From Candidatus Binatia bacterium (GTDB taxonomy: Bacteria > Desulfobacterota > Binatia > UBA9968 > CAXXLF01): a stretch of 64,000 nucleotides of DNA. Shown here one piece after another: positions 1 through 9,124 of the stretch. The position numbers and the translations under genes are program-made. How positions within the stretch are numbered: the stretch's first letter is position 1; each line of letters starts with the position of its first letter. The stretch is from NCBI GenBank assembly GCA_963664015.2, contig CAXXLF010000001.1, positions 64,001 to 128,000 on the forward strand. The letters are read 5' to 3'. Below the pieces are notes generated by a model. It saw only the letters and a list, made by a program, of their open reading frames with translations, was not told the DNA's origin and ran no database searches.

Positions 1-135
1 ATTGATGTGAGCAAGGCAGAGCTCCCCAAAGAAGGCTTAAAAATTACCGGGAGGCCGTATTTCGACGGCGACGATCCCAAGTATGTGGACGAACGGCTAG
101 CGGATAAATTATTGAACAAGGTCTTCAGGAAGTAA
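1..135 (+). CDS. 3' end of a gene truncated by the window edge, function unknown
   Basis: Frame 1 is open from base 1 (IDVSKAELPKEGLKITGRPYFDGDDPKYVDERLADKLLNKVFRK) to TAA at 133-135, just before the RBS of the next gene. Confidence 0.55.
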   Translation: MDVSKAELPKEGLKITGRPYFDGDDPKYVDERLADKLLNKVFRK

Positions 136-154
136 CGAGAATAAGGAGAACACC

Positions 155-910
155 ATGGCGAACGTACAAGAGACTAAAGAGCTGGTAGCCGAGTCGTGCC
201 GGATTCTCGGCAAACTAAATCTAACCAAAGAGGCAACCGGCCACGTCAGCGCCCGTGTGCCCGATTCAGACAAAGTTCTGATTCGTGCCCGGGGATCCGA
301 GGAAGAAGGCGTCCGTTTTACCACCTCTCACGAAATCATCACGGTCGACCTGGACGGCAACAAGCTCGATGGTGACGAGGGATTGGCCCGCCCTCAGGAG
401 GTCTTCATCCACACGTGGATTTACAAAACCAGGCCCGACGTCAATAGCGTAGTCCATATCCATCCTCCGACGGTTGTCTTGTTCACCATTTGCAACAAGC
501 CGTTGCTACCGCTCTACGGCGCCTACGACCCTAGCGGATTAAGACTCTACACCGATGGCATCGCCAAATACCCCAGGAGTATCCTGATATCTAACGATGA
601 ACGGGGCAAGGAATTCGCCGCAGCCATAGGGGACAAGCGGGTTTGTTTGATGCGCGGTCACGGAATCACGGCCGTAGGGAGCAGCGTGCCCGACGCCACG
701 GTCACCGCGATCAAGCTCAACCAGCTGGCGGAAATGAATTATCAGGCGACGCTTCTGGGCAATCCGGAGCCAATATCGGATGAGGATATCCAGTCATTCT
801 CCAACCTGGGACATATGACCGTCGAATCGGGGCGCGGTACGACGGGACATCTAACCTCTACGTGGCGCTTTTACTCACGGCTGCTTGGGCAGGAGGAACC
901 GAAGAGATAG
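155..910 (+). CDS. Class II aldolase/adducin family protein
   Basis: GHVSAR, E-x-x-IH, VVHIHPP and MRGHG metal-binding motifs; RBS AAGGAG upstream. Confidence 0.9.
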   Translation: MANVQETKELVAESCRILGKLNLTKEATGHVSARVPDSDKVLIRARGSEEEGVRFTTSHEIITVDLDGNKLDGDEGLARPQEVFIHTWIYKTRPDVNSVVHIHPPTVVLFTICNKPLLPLYGAYDPSGLRLYTDGIAKYPRSILISNDERGKEFAAAIGDKRVCLMRGHGITAVGSSVPDATVTAIKLNQLAEMNYQATLLGNPEPISDEDIQSFSNLGHMTVESGRGTTGHLTSTWRFYSRLLGQEEPKR

Positions 911-928
911 GGCGAGAATCTGGGCGAC

Positions 929-963
929 GACGGCCCCAGCATGTCGTGCAAGCAGGGGCCGTC
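929..963. terminator. Hairpin between convergent genes, possible bidirectional terminator
   Basis: GACGGCCCC (929-937) and GGGGCCGTC (955-963) form an inverted repeat. Confidence 0.5.
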
Positions 964-994
964 TCCGTTAAAATAAATTCGCGTAAATCTAATT

Positions 995-1384
995 TTATTT
1001 CTTTTTCTTCTTTCGGGCCTTCTTGAGTTCCCCTTTACCAATCACCTTGACGGAGAGGGCGGGAAAATAAGGGTCATCCGGATCTTTATAGAGAGTCACA
1101 ACCACTTTATCGGTCTTCTCCAGATCTTTAAGTGAAATCTCTTTCCCGTTTTTGGTTATTCGGGTGACACCGGTAATCCCGATATATTTGTTCCTCAGCC
1201 GGCCCCGGCTTTCGGTCTGGTAAGAGATGGTAGCATCATCAACCCGGCTAAGAACGATGGTCATCTCTTGAATCCTCTTACCAGACTGCCCCCCGAGTCC
1301 CTTGCCACGCCGTTGGGCCGAGACGCTGCCCAGGAAGAATACCAGCATCAAAGCAGTCATAAAAACAATTTTGGTCGCTTTCAT
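995..1384 (-). CDS. Small secreted basic hypothetical protein (possible OB-like beta fold)
   Basis: Signal peptide MKATKIVFMTALMLVFFLGSVSA; T-x-I-x-K-x-GKEISLKDL motif; Lys-rich C-terminus. Confidence 0.65.
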   Translation of the reverse strand: MKATKIVFMTALMLVFFLGSVSAQRRGKGLGGQSGKRIQEMTIVLSRVDDATISYQTESRGRLRNKYIGITGVTRITKNGKEISLKDLEKTDKVVVTLYKDPDDPYFPALSVKVIGKGELKKARKKKKK

Positions 1385-1861
1385 ATAGAACCCCCTTTAA
1401 TCTGTTAAACTGTTTTCCCTTTAAGGCAGCTACTTCCTATGATTAGATAATCCTCACTCTTGAAACTTTAAGGGTAGAAATTCTTGACCATTGAGTCAAT
1501 CCCTAAAACTCCCAGCTTGAGAATAACAGGTATTTTTCTTAGGTAGGCAGCGAAGGAAGCCTTGTTTTCGGGAGGGGGGGGGTTAAAAGCGGGAACAACA
1601 GAGGACGGGAAAACCCAGTGGGAAAGGTCTTTAAGCGAAGTACCTGGATCTTCGAACGGCATTGAAGGTGATCAGAGACGCCCTGAGGAGTGTCGGAAAA
1701 CGGTAAACGCCCAATCCCGGATTCGTGATTTATCGACCCGTACACCAGGGAAGTTACACCAACGGGTAAGATATCCGGCCCCCATAAATCGCGTTTCATG
1801 AAAAGATCTCGGCATGAGCAATAGCGGTCTCGGACCGAACGGACTAACCTAGGAAAAAATA

Positions 1862-3035
1862 ATGCAAAAGGAACAACCGATTATTCAGGAAACGACTGAC
1901 AATGCGGCGGGCGCCTTCTGGAGCCGGGTCTCTGCGTACGACCAATGGACTGAGTCTCTGGGTATTCCCATCCATAAAGGGTATTACATCGAGGATTTGA
2001 GAACGCTGGAACTTGGAGAGTGGGCAGAGCGTGAATGCCAAGCAGCCTTTTTAAAGCTCGCCGGCCAGGAAGGAGTCGGCGAGGCCCGAGTTACCGAGAT
2101 CGCTCCTGGAAAACCGCTGCCTCCCTTAAAGTTTACTCTGATGAGATCGTTTATATCGTCGAACGGCGTGCTTTGACCACCCTGTGGGGAGGGGAAGGTA
2201 AAGCAAAGAAAACCTTCGAATGGCAGAAGCACAGCATGTTTTTGATCTCCCGAAATTACAGCCATCAGTTAAGCAATATGCAGGGCGATAAGCCGGTCAG
2301 GCTGCTGCATTACAATTACCTTCCCATTGCCATGTCCATCGTGCCCGACGTGAGGTTGTATTTCGATAACCCCTACGTCGATCTGGACGTTGTGTACGGT
2401 CAGGATGGTGAATCCTATTCTCAGGCAAAGATTTTGAGACAATCAAAAGGATGCCGTTCGGGCCGGAGCACGTCGCTCCCCGGGAGGAAGCGGTGCCTTC
2501 TGGTTCGGTAATTTTTCCCCCGATATGAAGGCCTGGGATCAACTGGTTCCCTTCATAAGGCAGGGGAGCCGGAGGCCATGCCGTCTGGATTCGATTCCCG
2601 AGCTCGCCCCTGTGGAGCCATATATCGGTTCTCCCTTCCCGAACCTACAAAAAGGCCCACAGGCACGGCCCCGGAGTGGTGATCGTTATTCCTGATGGTG
2701 AGGGCTTCTCTGTAATGTGGCCGGAAAGTAAGGAAAGGGTAGTCATTCCGTGGCATGAAGCTAGTATCTTTGTACCTCCCGCCCGGTGGGATTACCAACA
2801 CTTCAATGTTAGTGGCCTTCCTTCAAGATACCTTGCCTTTCACTCACCAAGAGGGTGGAATGCCTACAGTGAAAAAGTGGAAGACAGGGCAAGAGACCAA
2901 ATTGAATATCCGGATGAAGATCCTTGGATCAGAGAAAAATTTGAGAGTGGACTGGCTCAGAGGAGCCTAAAGTCTCTCATGCCTGGGGAGGCTTATCAGG
3001 ACCTAAACTTCGAATGGACCTACGAAGAGGACTAA
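1862..3035 (+). pseudogene. Bicupin (cupin-domain) protein disrupted by about three frameshifts
   Basis: Fragments join across frames: PPLKF-/DEIVYIVE (shift near 2139), AFWFGNF..DMKAWDQLVPF-/GRGAGG..TYKKAHRHGPG..WDYQHFN (shifts near 2450-2480 and 2555). Confidence 0.8.
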
Positions 3036-3233
3036 CCGCCTCAGCGGTGAAAATAGATATTTATTCACCGCAAGGGTGCAATGCACCCTGGAGCATTAGA
3101 AATTGGAGAAGGGGAGCAGTGGAGAGGCCAATGTGGTCCACTGATCAATTGTCCATTTTCTTTCCAGAACAATGACAACACTGGTACTCCGGTCTACTTC
3201 TCTACTATCCACGGCTCCAAGGCGCATTGCGCC

Positions 3234-4028
3234 TTAGGGGTATGGATTTTCCATGGCCGCCCGTTTCATCTGGGCGTGGAGATCGACCATGGCACGGGCA
3301 CAGTATTCCAGAGAGTAACCGGTCCTGAACTCCACATGGCCGCTTTCCAATGCTTGCTGAAGAACGGCGCGGTTAAAGGAGCCATGGCCCATAGCCTCTT
3401 GCCCGCTCTCGCCCAGCGCGTGGGACTCGAGATCGGCCTCCTCGTGAGTCGAAAAGTAGACCGCCTGCTCCTTGGTGAAGTTGTAATGAGTCGTGAGCGC
3501 CTTGAACCATGCCCCGGACCAGTGAGATAGGGATTCCTCGAAAACATGCATTCCCCACAGCTCAATGAGGGAGCCATCAATAAAAATCTTATGGGTAAAA
3601 TCATTGAGGGCTCGAGCCTCGGGCAGGTAGGGGTCTTCCAAAACCTCCTCTTTTGTCAGCCCCATAGCTTCCGCAGTCTGGACGAGCACGAGGACGTGTC
3701 CGGGGGCCCTGGGGGAGATCAATTCATCGGCGATCTTGGCACAAAACGGGCCCAGCAGCTCGTAGTGGCGGACAAAAAAGTTTAAATGGGTGTGATAGGA
3801 GAGGGCATTGAGAGCATTGACGTCCAAAGCGAAGTGTCCCCAGTTCTTGAAAAACTGCCGGATGACGGGCATGGGCAGTTTTCCCTCCCTTAGTTGGGTC
3901 ATGAATGGACTCCCCGGGATCTTGGTCTTCCAGTACTCGTACATCTGGCTGTACAGATAGTCCACATAGGCCTTGGCCTCGTCGGGGCTCATCTTCACAC
4001 CAGGGCGGAGCTCAGGGGTTTTTGACAT
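3234..4028 (-). CDS. Heme-oxygenase-like diiron oxidase superfamily protein (TenA/PqqC/CADD-like)
   Basis: SPFMTQLREGKL N-terminus; candidate metal ligands in DELISPRAPGH, FEES and YFSTHEEAD...H; RBS GGAGG. Confidence 0.8.
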   Translation of the reverse strand: MSKTPELRPGVKMSPDEAKAYVDYLYSQMYEYWKTKIPGSPFMTQLREGKLPMPVIRQFFKNWGHFALDVNALNALSYHTHLNFFVRHYELLGPFCAKIADELISPRAPGHVLVLVQTAEAMGLTKEEVLEDPYLPEARALNDFTHKIFIDGSLIELWGMHVFEESLSHWSGAWFKALTTHYNFTKEQAVYFSTHEEADLESHALGESGQEAMGHGSFNRAVLQQALESGHVEFRTGYSLEYCARAMVDLHAQMKRAAMENPYP

Positions 4029-4080
4029 TTATCTTCCTCCTTGAATGGCCGGTGATTTTTCGCAATCAGAATATCTGGCG

Positions 4081-4109
4081 TGCTTACCATCGGTCACGCA
4101 GCTTGTCAA
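4081..4109 (-). promoter_or_regulatory. Putative sigma70 promoter for the diiron enzyme gene
   Basis: Minus strand TTGACA, 17 nt spacer, TAAGCA with TG extension. Confidence 0.4.
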
Positions 4110-4162
4110 GAAACCCTTGTTGTGCTTTAAAACACTTGAACAAACGGGAAGGAGACACGAAC

Positions 4163-4828
4163 ATGGCTCAAGATAGTCTCGTCGCACGCCTGGCAAAACT
4201 CGATACTTGCGGAGTTTCCGATGCCCTGGACCGTCTGGCTCTCAGGGGAGCGACCATTGGGATTCGTCCCGTATGGCCCTGCCCGAGAATCGTGGGACGG
4301 GCAGTCACGGTCAAAATCAAACCCGCCGGCCTCGATAAATCGACCCAACACATCGGCACTCCGGCAATCGAAGCCGCTCAACCGGGGGACATCATTGTTA
4401 TTGATAACGCCGGCCGGCCGGATGTCTCCGTTTGGGGCGGGCTCCTGTCTTTGGCCTCCAAGACCAAAGGGCTCAGCGGTGTCGTCATTGACGGCGCGTG
4501 TCGGGACGTTGACGATTCTCGAGATGCGGGATTCCCGGTCTTTGCTCGAGCCGCTGTCTGTGTCACAGCAAGGGGGCGAGTGATGCAAAAATCGTTCAAT
4601 GAAGAGATCCAGTTCAGCGGCGTACAGGTGCACCCAGGGGATCTCGTTATTGCCGATCACAGTGGTGTAGTCATCGTGCCACAGGACAAACAAGAAGAGG
4701 TTATTACTCAGGCGGAGGAACTGGTGGCTACCGAGTCCCGAATGGCCGAGGGAATCCGCGCGGGTCGGCCCGTGGTTGAAGTCATGACAAACCTTGGATA
4801 CGAATCCATGTTAAAAAAGGAGGGGTAA
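4163..4828 (+). CDS. RraA family / HMG-CHA aldolase-like protein, copy 1
   Basis: VSDALD, GRAVT, IDNAG, WGG, DGACRD, PGDLVIAD motifs; start placed at ATG 4163 after RBS AAGGAG. Confidence 0.9.
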   Translation: MAQDSLVARLAKLDTCGVSDALDRLALRGATIGIRPVWPCPRIVGRAVTVKIKPAGLDKSTQHIGTPAIEAAQPGDIIVIDNAGRPDVSVWGGLLSLASKTKGLSGVVIDGACRDVDDSRDAGFPVFARAAVCVTARGRVMQKSFNEEIQFSGVQVHPGDLVIADHSGVVIVPQDKQEEVITQAEELVATESRMAEGIRAGRPVVEVMTNLGYESMLKKEG

Positions 4829-4832
4829 GAGG

Positions 4833-5477
4833 ATGGATGCTCGAGTTGAGGCCTTCAAAGAACTTTCCGTCGCCGCGGTTTCCGATGCGATGGATCGACT
4901 GGGAATGCACGGGACCTGCCTAGGGGTCGCTCCACTGGCCAACGGGTACAGGATGGCTGGACGGGCATATACCTTAAAATATATTCCCGTAGGAGTCATC
5001 AAGGGAACAGTCGGGGATTATATCGACGATGTACCCCCGGGAGACGTGGTTGTTTTGGACAACGCTGGGCGTATCGATTGCACCGTCTGGGGTGACATCC
5101 TGACTTCCGTAGCCCACAAACGCGGCGTCGGTGGCACAGTCATCAACGGGGTATGCCGTGACGTGGCCCGCAGCCTGGGCCTGGTATACCCGATCTTCAG
5201 CCGGGGCAAGTTCATGCGCACGGGAAAGGACCGCGTACAGGTCGACGGCATGAACATCCCCGTCTCTCTAGGCGATGTCCAGGTCGCACCTGGCGATATC
5301 CTGGTTGGTAGCGACGACGGGATCGTTGTCGTCCCCAAGGAAAAAGAAGAAGAGATATTGAATGTGGCACTGTCCATCTCGGAGGCCGAGGGAAAACTAC
5401 TAGCTGAGGCCATGAAGGGGACACGCCTCGACGAAGCGAGAAAGAAGTATCGCTACCACGAACTGCAACGGCATTAA
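4833..5477 (+). CDS. RraA family / HMG-CHA aldolase-like protein, copy 2
   Basis: VSDAMD, LDNAG, WGD, NGVCRD, PGDILVGSDDG motifs. Confidence 0.9.
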   Translation: MDARVEAFKELSVAAVSDAMDRLGMHGTCLGVAPLANGYRMAGRAYTLKYIPVGVIKGTVGDYIDDVPPGDVVVLDNAGRIDCTVWGDILTSVAHKRGVGGTVINGVCRDVARSLGLVYPIFSRGKFMRTGKDRVQVDGMNIPVSLGDVQVAPGDILVGSDDGIVVVPKEKEEEILNVALSISEAEGKLLAEAMKGTRLDEARKKYRYHELQRH

Positions 5478-5496
5478 GTTTCACTAAGGATCCCTC

Positions 5497-6138
5497 ATGC
5501 CTGATACAAAAGCTCCCAACATTTCTCCGCCGGACGCGGTACTTGTACAGCGGGCTGCCACTTACCCCTCGGCAACGTTACACGAGGCCATAGGGAGAAG
5601 GGGTGCGCTGCCCCATGACATCAAACCGATTGCTTCCAAAATGAAAGTCTGTGGGCCTGCTATAACAGTAAACTGTCCACCAATGGAAAACCTTGCGATC
5701 CATCGGGCCATTTATATGGCGCAACCCGGGGATGTACTGGTGGTCACTGTGGGTGGGGCGTACGGAGGCGGTTACTGGGGCGAGATCATGACCTTTGCAG
5801 CCCAGCAGCGAAAAATTGCCGGACTGGTTATCGACGGCTGTATTCGCGATAAGACTCTGATCGAAGAGATGGGCTTTCCCGTATTTTCCCGTGGGTTGTC
5901 GATTTGGGGCACGGTCAAAAACCAGGAGGGAACGGTCAACGCTCCCATCTCCATTGGAGACGTAGTAATCACCTCCGGCGACCTTATCGTTGGGGATGAC
6001 GATGGCCTCGTTGTGGTCCCCCGTCAGGAAATCGCGACCGCAATCGAAGCCTCGGAACAGAGAGAACAAAAAGAGGAGCAGTTCATGAAGGAGCTGGCCA
6101 AAGGTAAATCAACCCTGGAGCTCTTGGGTCTCAAATAG
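5497..6138 (+). CDS. RraA family 4-carboxy-4-hydroxy-2-oxoadipate aldolase-like protein (LigK/GalC-like), copy 3
   Basis: SATLHEA, GYWGEIM, DGCIRD, GDLIVGDDDG motifs. Confidence 0.88.
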   Translation: MPDTKAPNISPPDAVLVQRAATYPSATLHEAIGRRGALPHDIKPIASKMKVCGPAITVNCPPMENLAIHRAIYMAQPGDVLVVTVGGAYGGGYWGEIMTFAAQQRKIAGLVIDGCIRDKTLIEEMGFPVFSRGLSIWGTVKNQEGTVNAPISIGDVVITSGDLIVGDDDGLVVVPRQEIATAIEASEQREQKEEQFMKELAKGKSTLELLGLK

Positions 6139-6237
6139 CAACCGCTAGTAAGCGACTCGCTGACAGCTTTCATTCCCACCGACAACTACCACGAACAAAA
6201 TCACGTTCTGCCACGCTCTACCCCTTACTCTAAGCGC

Positions 6238-7089
6238 CTAGTCGTCGTCGGAGTCGATCACAACTTCCCAGTCTTGCTCGGAAAATACTCGATGTGCCGC
6301 TTCGGCGCCTTGCAAGGTAATTCCCAACTGTTTCGCCAGCTCGATAGCCCGCCCCGTCCTCCCCGAACGGAGCCTGAGCCGGAACTTATGCTCGCCGTGA
6401 GTCAGCATCCCTTCAACCAGTTCGTTCAGGCGCCACGATTGGGCACACCCTCCGGTAACCGCACGCGCAAACAGCTTCGGATCCAGACCGGCCTTTTTGG
6501 CCAGGGAAAGGCCCTCATAGATCCCTAGTTCACACAGGGCCTGCATCATCTGATTGACCAGCTTGCCCATCTGGCCATTCCCGTTCTTTCCCAAATAGGT
6601 GACTGTGCTACCAATATACTGGAGCACGGGCAGGGCACGCTGGTAGGCCGAGTAACTTCCCCCGACAAAAACCGTGAGATGACCGTCGATGGCACCGGCA
6701 TCCGCTCCACTGACCGGCGCATCCAGCATCTCGACACCTTGTTCCCGTAGGGAAGTCGAAACTCGGATAGCCTGTTCCGGAGGCGTGCTGCTCAGATCCA
6801 CGAAGACCAGATCTTTCTTTCCACTGGTCACTAGCCCGTCTTTCCCCAGGGCAACTACTTCGGACGCCGATGCCTGAAGCGATGCCAGGACGATGCTCGA
6901 GCGACGGGCAACCTCGGCAGGGGAGGCAGCCATAGTGGCCCCTTCCGCCAGGTGGCGTTTCATCGCTTTTCCGTCGATATCGAACACGGTCACGGGAAAC
7001 GAGGCCCGCAATAACCGGAGCGCCATAGAGCCCCCCATGCTACCCAATCCGATAAAACCCACGCTGTCCCTTTGAGGTATTTCGGCCAC
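6238..7089 (-). CDS. NAD(P)-dependent beta-hydroxyacid dehydrogenase (3-hydroxyisobutyrate DH family)
   Basis: GFIGLGSMG Rossmann motif; DAPVSG; GQMGKLVNQ carrying the catalytic Lys. Confidence 0.9.
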   Translation of the reverse strand: MAEIPQRDSVGFIGLGSMGGSMALRLLRASFPVTVFDIDGKAMKRHLAEGATMAASPAEVARRSSIVLASLQASASEVVALGKDGLVTSGKKDLVFVDLSSTPPEQAIRVSTSLREQGVEMLDAPVSGADAGAIDGHLTVFVGGSYSAYQRALPVLQYIGSTVTYLGKNGNGQMGKLVNQMMQALCELGIYEGLSLAKKAGLDPKLFARAVTGGCAQSWRLNELVEGMLTHGEHKFRLRLRSGRTGRAIELAKQLGITLQGAEAAHRVFSEQDWEVVIDSDDD

Positions 7090-7647
7090 TCAAGACCTCC
7101 CATCGAAATCTGGGGCATTCTCCAGTTGCTCCACACGAGAATATCCAATCATCTTATAGAGCCGATTGGTTGCCACGATCAATTGTACCGGTGACGATGG
7201 ATCCCCATTGAAGTGCTGGTGAATGGTGTTATGGGGGATATAGACCAGGTCCCCTGCCTTCCACCCCCACCGGCTGGGCTCTTTTGCCGGGCGCGCATGG
7301 TACCTGTCCGTGATCTCGACTTCCACTTCCCAGTGCATATCGAACCCACGCCCCTTGAGTATGTAAACAAACTCCTCGTTCTGGTGGCCGTGGCCCTTGT
7401 CCCTGGCGCCGGGGGCCAGAGTCACGTAGTGGGCGTGAAGACTCTGGGTGACAAAGGGCTCGGCCTGCGGGCTGAGGATGTTCTTCTCTTCCGCACTGCC
7501 GACCTTGTCCGAGCTTACCTCACGCCGGATCACACGTGGCACGGTCGCCAGCCGGTGCCGTCTGGCTTCGGTCAAAGAGTAGGTTTGACTCTCTACACCC
7601 TTTACGAAGATGCGCGATTTCGAATATCTCGCAGGAGGATTTGCCAT
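7090..7647 (-). CDS. Cupin domain protein
   Basis: HGHQNEEFVYILKGRG and GDLVYIPHNTIHQHFN cupin motifs; abuts the downstream gene. Confidence 0.9.
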   Translation of the reverse strand: MANPPARYSKSRIFVKGVESQTYSLTEARRHRLATVPRVIRREVSSDKVGSAEEKNILSPQAEPFVTQSLHAHYVTLAPGARDKGHGHQNEEFVYILKGRGFDMHWEVEVEITDRYHARPAKEPSRWGWKAGDLVYIPHNTIHQHFNGDPSSPVQLIVATNRLYKMIGYSRVEQLENAPDFDGRS

Positions 7648-7984
7648 ACCTTAGTTCCTTTCCTCATTACCTAATAGTGACGAGGGGTAGCGCAGCAATT
7701 AATGCTTCGGACTCCCGGTAGGCAGACCGCCCTAACGCCACAGTCGTAACCCCATGGTAAACGGTTTACATTTTTAATTCATTAATCTTGGAATTCGCTT
7801 ATCGGTATCTGATTTCGGTAACGTAAGGCATTGCGGTTGTCAAGGGACCAACGGATCAGGCATCCGAGAAAACGTTCTTGAGATACGATTCATTCTCGGC
7901 TAGTGTCAAAATCCATTACAGGTCAAGAATGGACAGTGCAGTAGACCTAAATAGTATAGTCCAGCAGCAACTAAGGAGCAGCAA

Positions 7985-8102
7985 ATAATCAGCAAAATAA
8001 GGAAACGAGATACTGACCCGTATTGGCTCCGGCACCCCGGCGGATAAATTCCTACGACGCTACTGGCAGCCGGTAGCTGTTGCCGCCGAGCTGGACGGAT
8101 AA
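7985..8102 (+). pseudogene. N-terminal remnant of a Rieske non-heme iron oxygenase (phthalate 4,5-dioxygenase-like)
   Basis: Translates to NEILTRIGSGTPADKFLRRYWQPVAVAAELDG*; start appears mutated (ATA) after RBS AAGGAG; too short for the ORF track. Confidence 0.7.
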
Positions 8103-8498
8103 CCCGATCAGGAGGGTGCGCATCCTGAGTGAGGACCTGGTCCTTTACCGAGGGAAAGCGGAGCTTGCAACAGAAACGCGATACCGATCGTAATACCGCA
8201 GAACATCATTGCCTTGTTTACCTTGTCCGGATCATCGGTAATCAGCCTCCAGATGCTACGCTTGGGCGTGGTGACGACAGACACCAACACGGGTACATAC
8301 CCAGCAGGCCCTTCAGAATAAATACTATTAGATCCTTCATCGAAATAAATTGTCCTAAAGAATAGACCGCACCCTATGGTAGTCTAATCGAACGGTAGGA
8401 TTACCAGGAAGGGGGTTATGATGCTACTTCTAGCTTCGCAGCGGCTGTTCCGTCAACAAAAGACTCCCGACTCCTTTTCTTTCACATATATCAAAGCG

Positions 8499-8810
8499 CT
8501 ATTGCCGCCCCAACACCTTTAAATGTTGCATCACCTTTATATTGAGATCCTTAACGATATAATAAGACCAGATACTGAAGGCGACAATACCGATCGTCAG
8601 AACGATTTTGGTAATGGGTTTGTACTCTGGATGTATCCATGCCAAAGGCAGGGCAAATGGGCCGACAGAAAGCAGAGAGAAAGCAACGACAGAAGTTGAG
8701 AAATACCAGTTTCTTTTTGGCGGATGAGACTGGTTAATAAATTCATTGCCAGAACGACACTTTATGGCCGCATCTTGTATCTCTTCTGCGCAGAAAGGGC
8801 ATAAGGTCAC
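8499..8810 (-). CDS. Zinc-ribbon plus two-TM membrane protein, possibly decaying
   Basis: CPFCAEEIQDAAIKCR with the fourth Cys lost; two hydrophobic segments. Confidence 0.7.
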   Translation of the reverse strand: MTLCPFCAEEIQDAAIKCRSGNEFINQSHPPKRNWYFSTSVVAFSLLSVGPFALPLAWIHPEYKPITKIVLTIGIVAFSIWSYYIVKDLNIKVMQHLKVLGRQ

Positions 8811-9060
8811 AACTTGATTGTACTGCGGGTCCGGTATCTTAACAAGGGAAGATTAACGTGGGAAAATTGGATAAACACTGCACTCCCGGTCAGTGTATTT
8901 TGAGTAAGGAATTGATGTAGTGTCCTTTGAAATAAATGGGAGGAAGCTCGGATCCGGATAATTCACGTCCTCCTCGCTACGTGCCGGTTCAGGTCTATGG
9001 CGAAGCCTCGAGATACGATTCCCGAGATGATGAAAAATGGGTTTGGATATCCTGCCAATC

Positions 9061-9090
9061 TTGACAAGGCGAGCGGGAGTCCGATATAAG
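9061..9090 (+). promoter_or_regulatory. Putative sigma70 promoter of the dioxygenase operon
   Basis: TTGACA, 18 nt spacer, TATAAG; 35 nt upstream of the ATG. Confidence 0.5.
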
Positions 9091-9124
9091 AAGGGCCGGT
9101 CAATTCCCACCCGGAGGTTAATTC

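Noticed and set aside
1400-1860. Short ORFs and a G-run (about 1574-1582) as a phase-variation tract
   Set aside because: Intergenic, no recognisable protein, and no evidence that the run lies in a promoter spacer or coding frame.
3905-4162. N-terminal extension of the first RraA ORF as given in the ORF track
   Set aside because: It overlaps the divergent HDO gene and its promoter; the RBS and homology start at ATG 4163.
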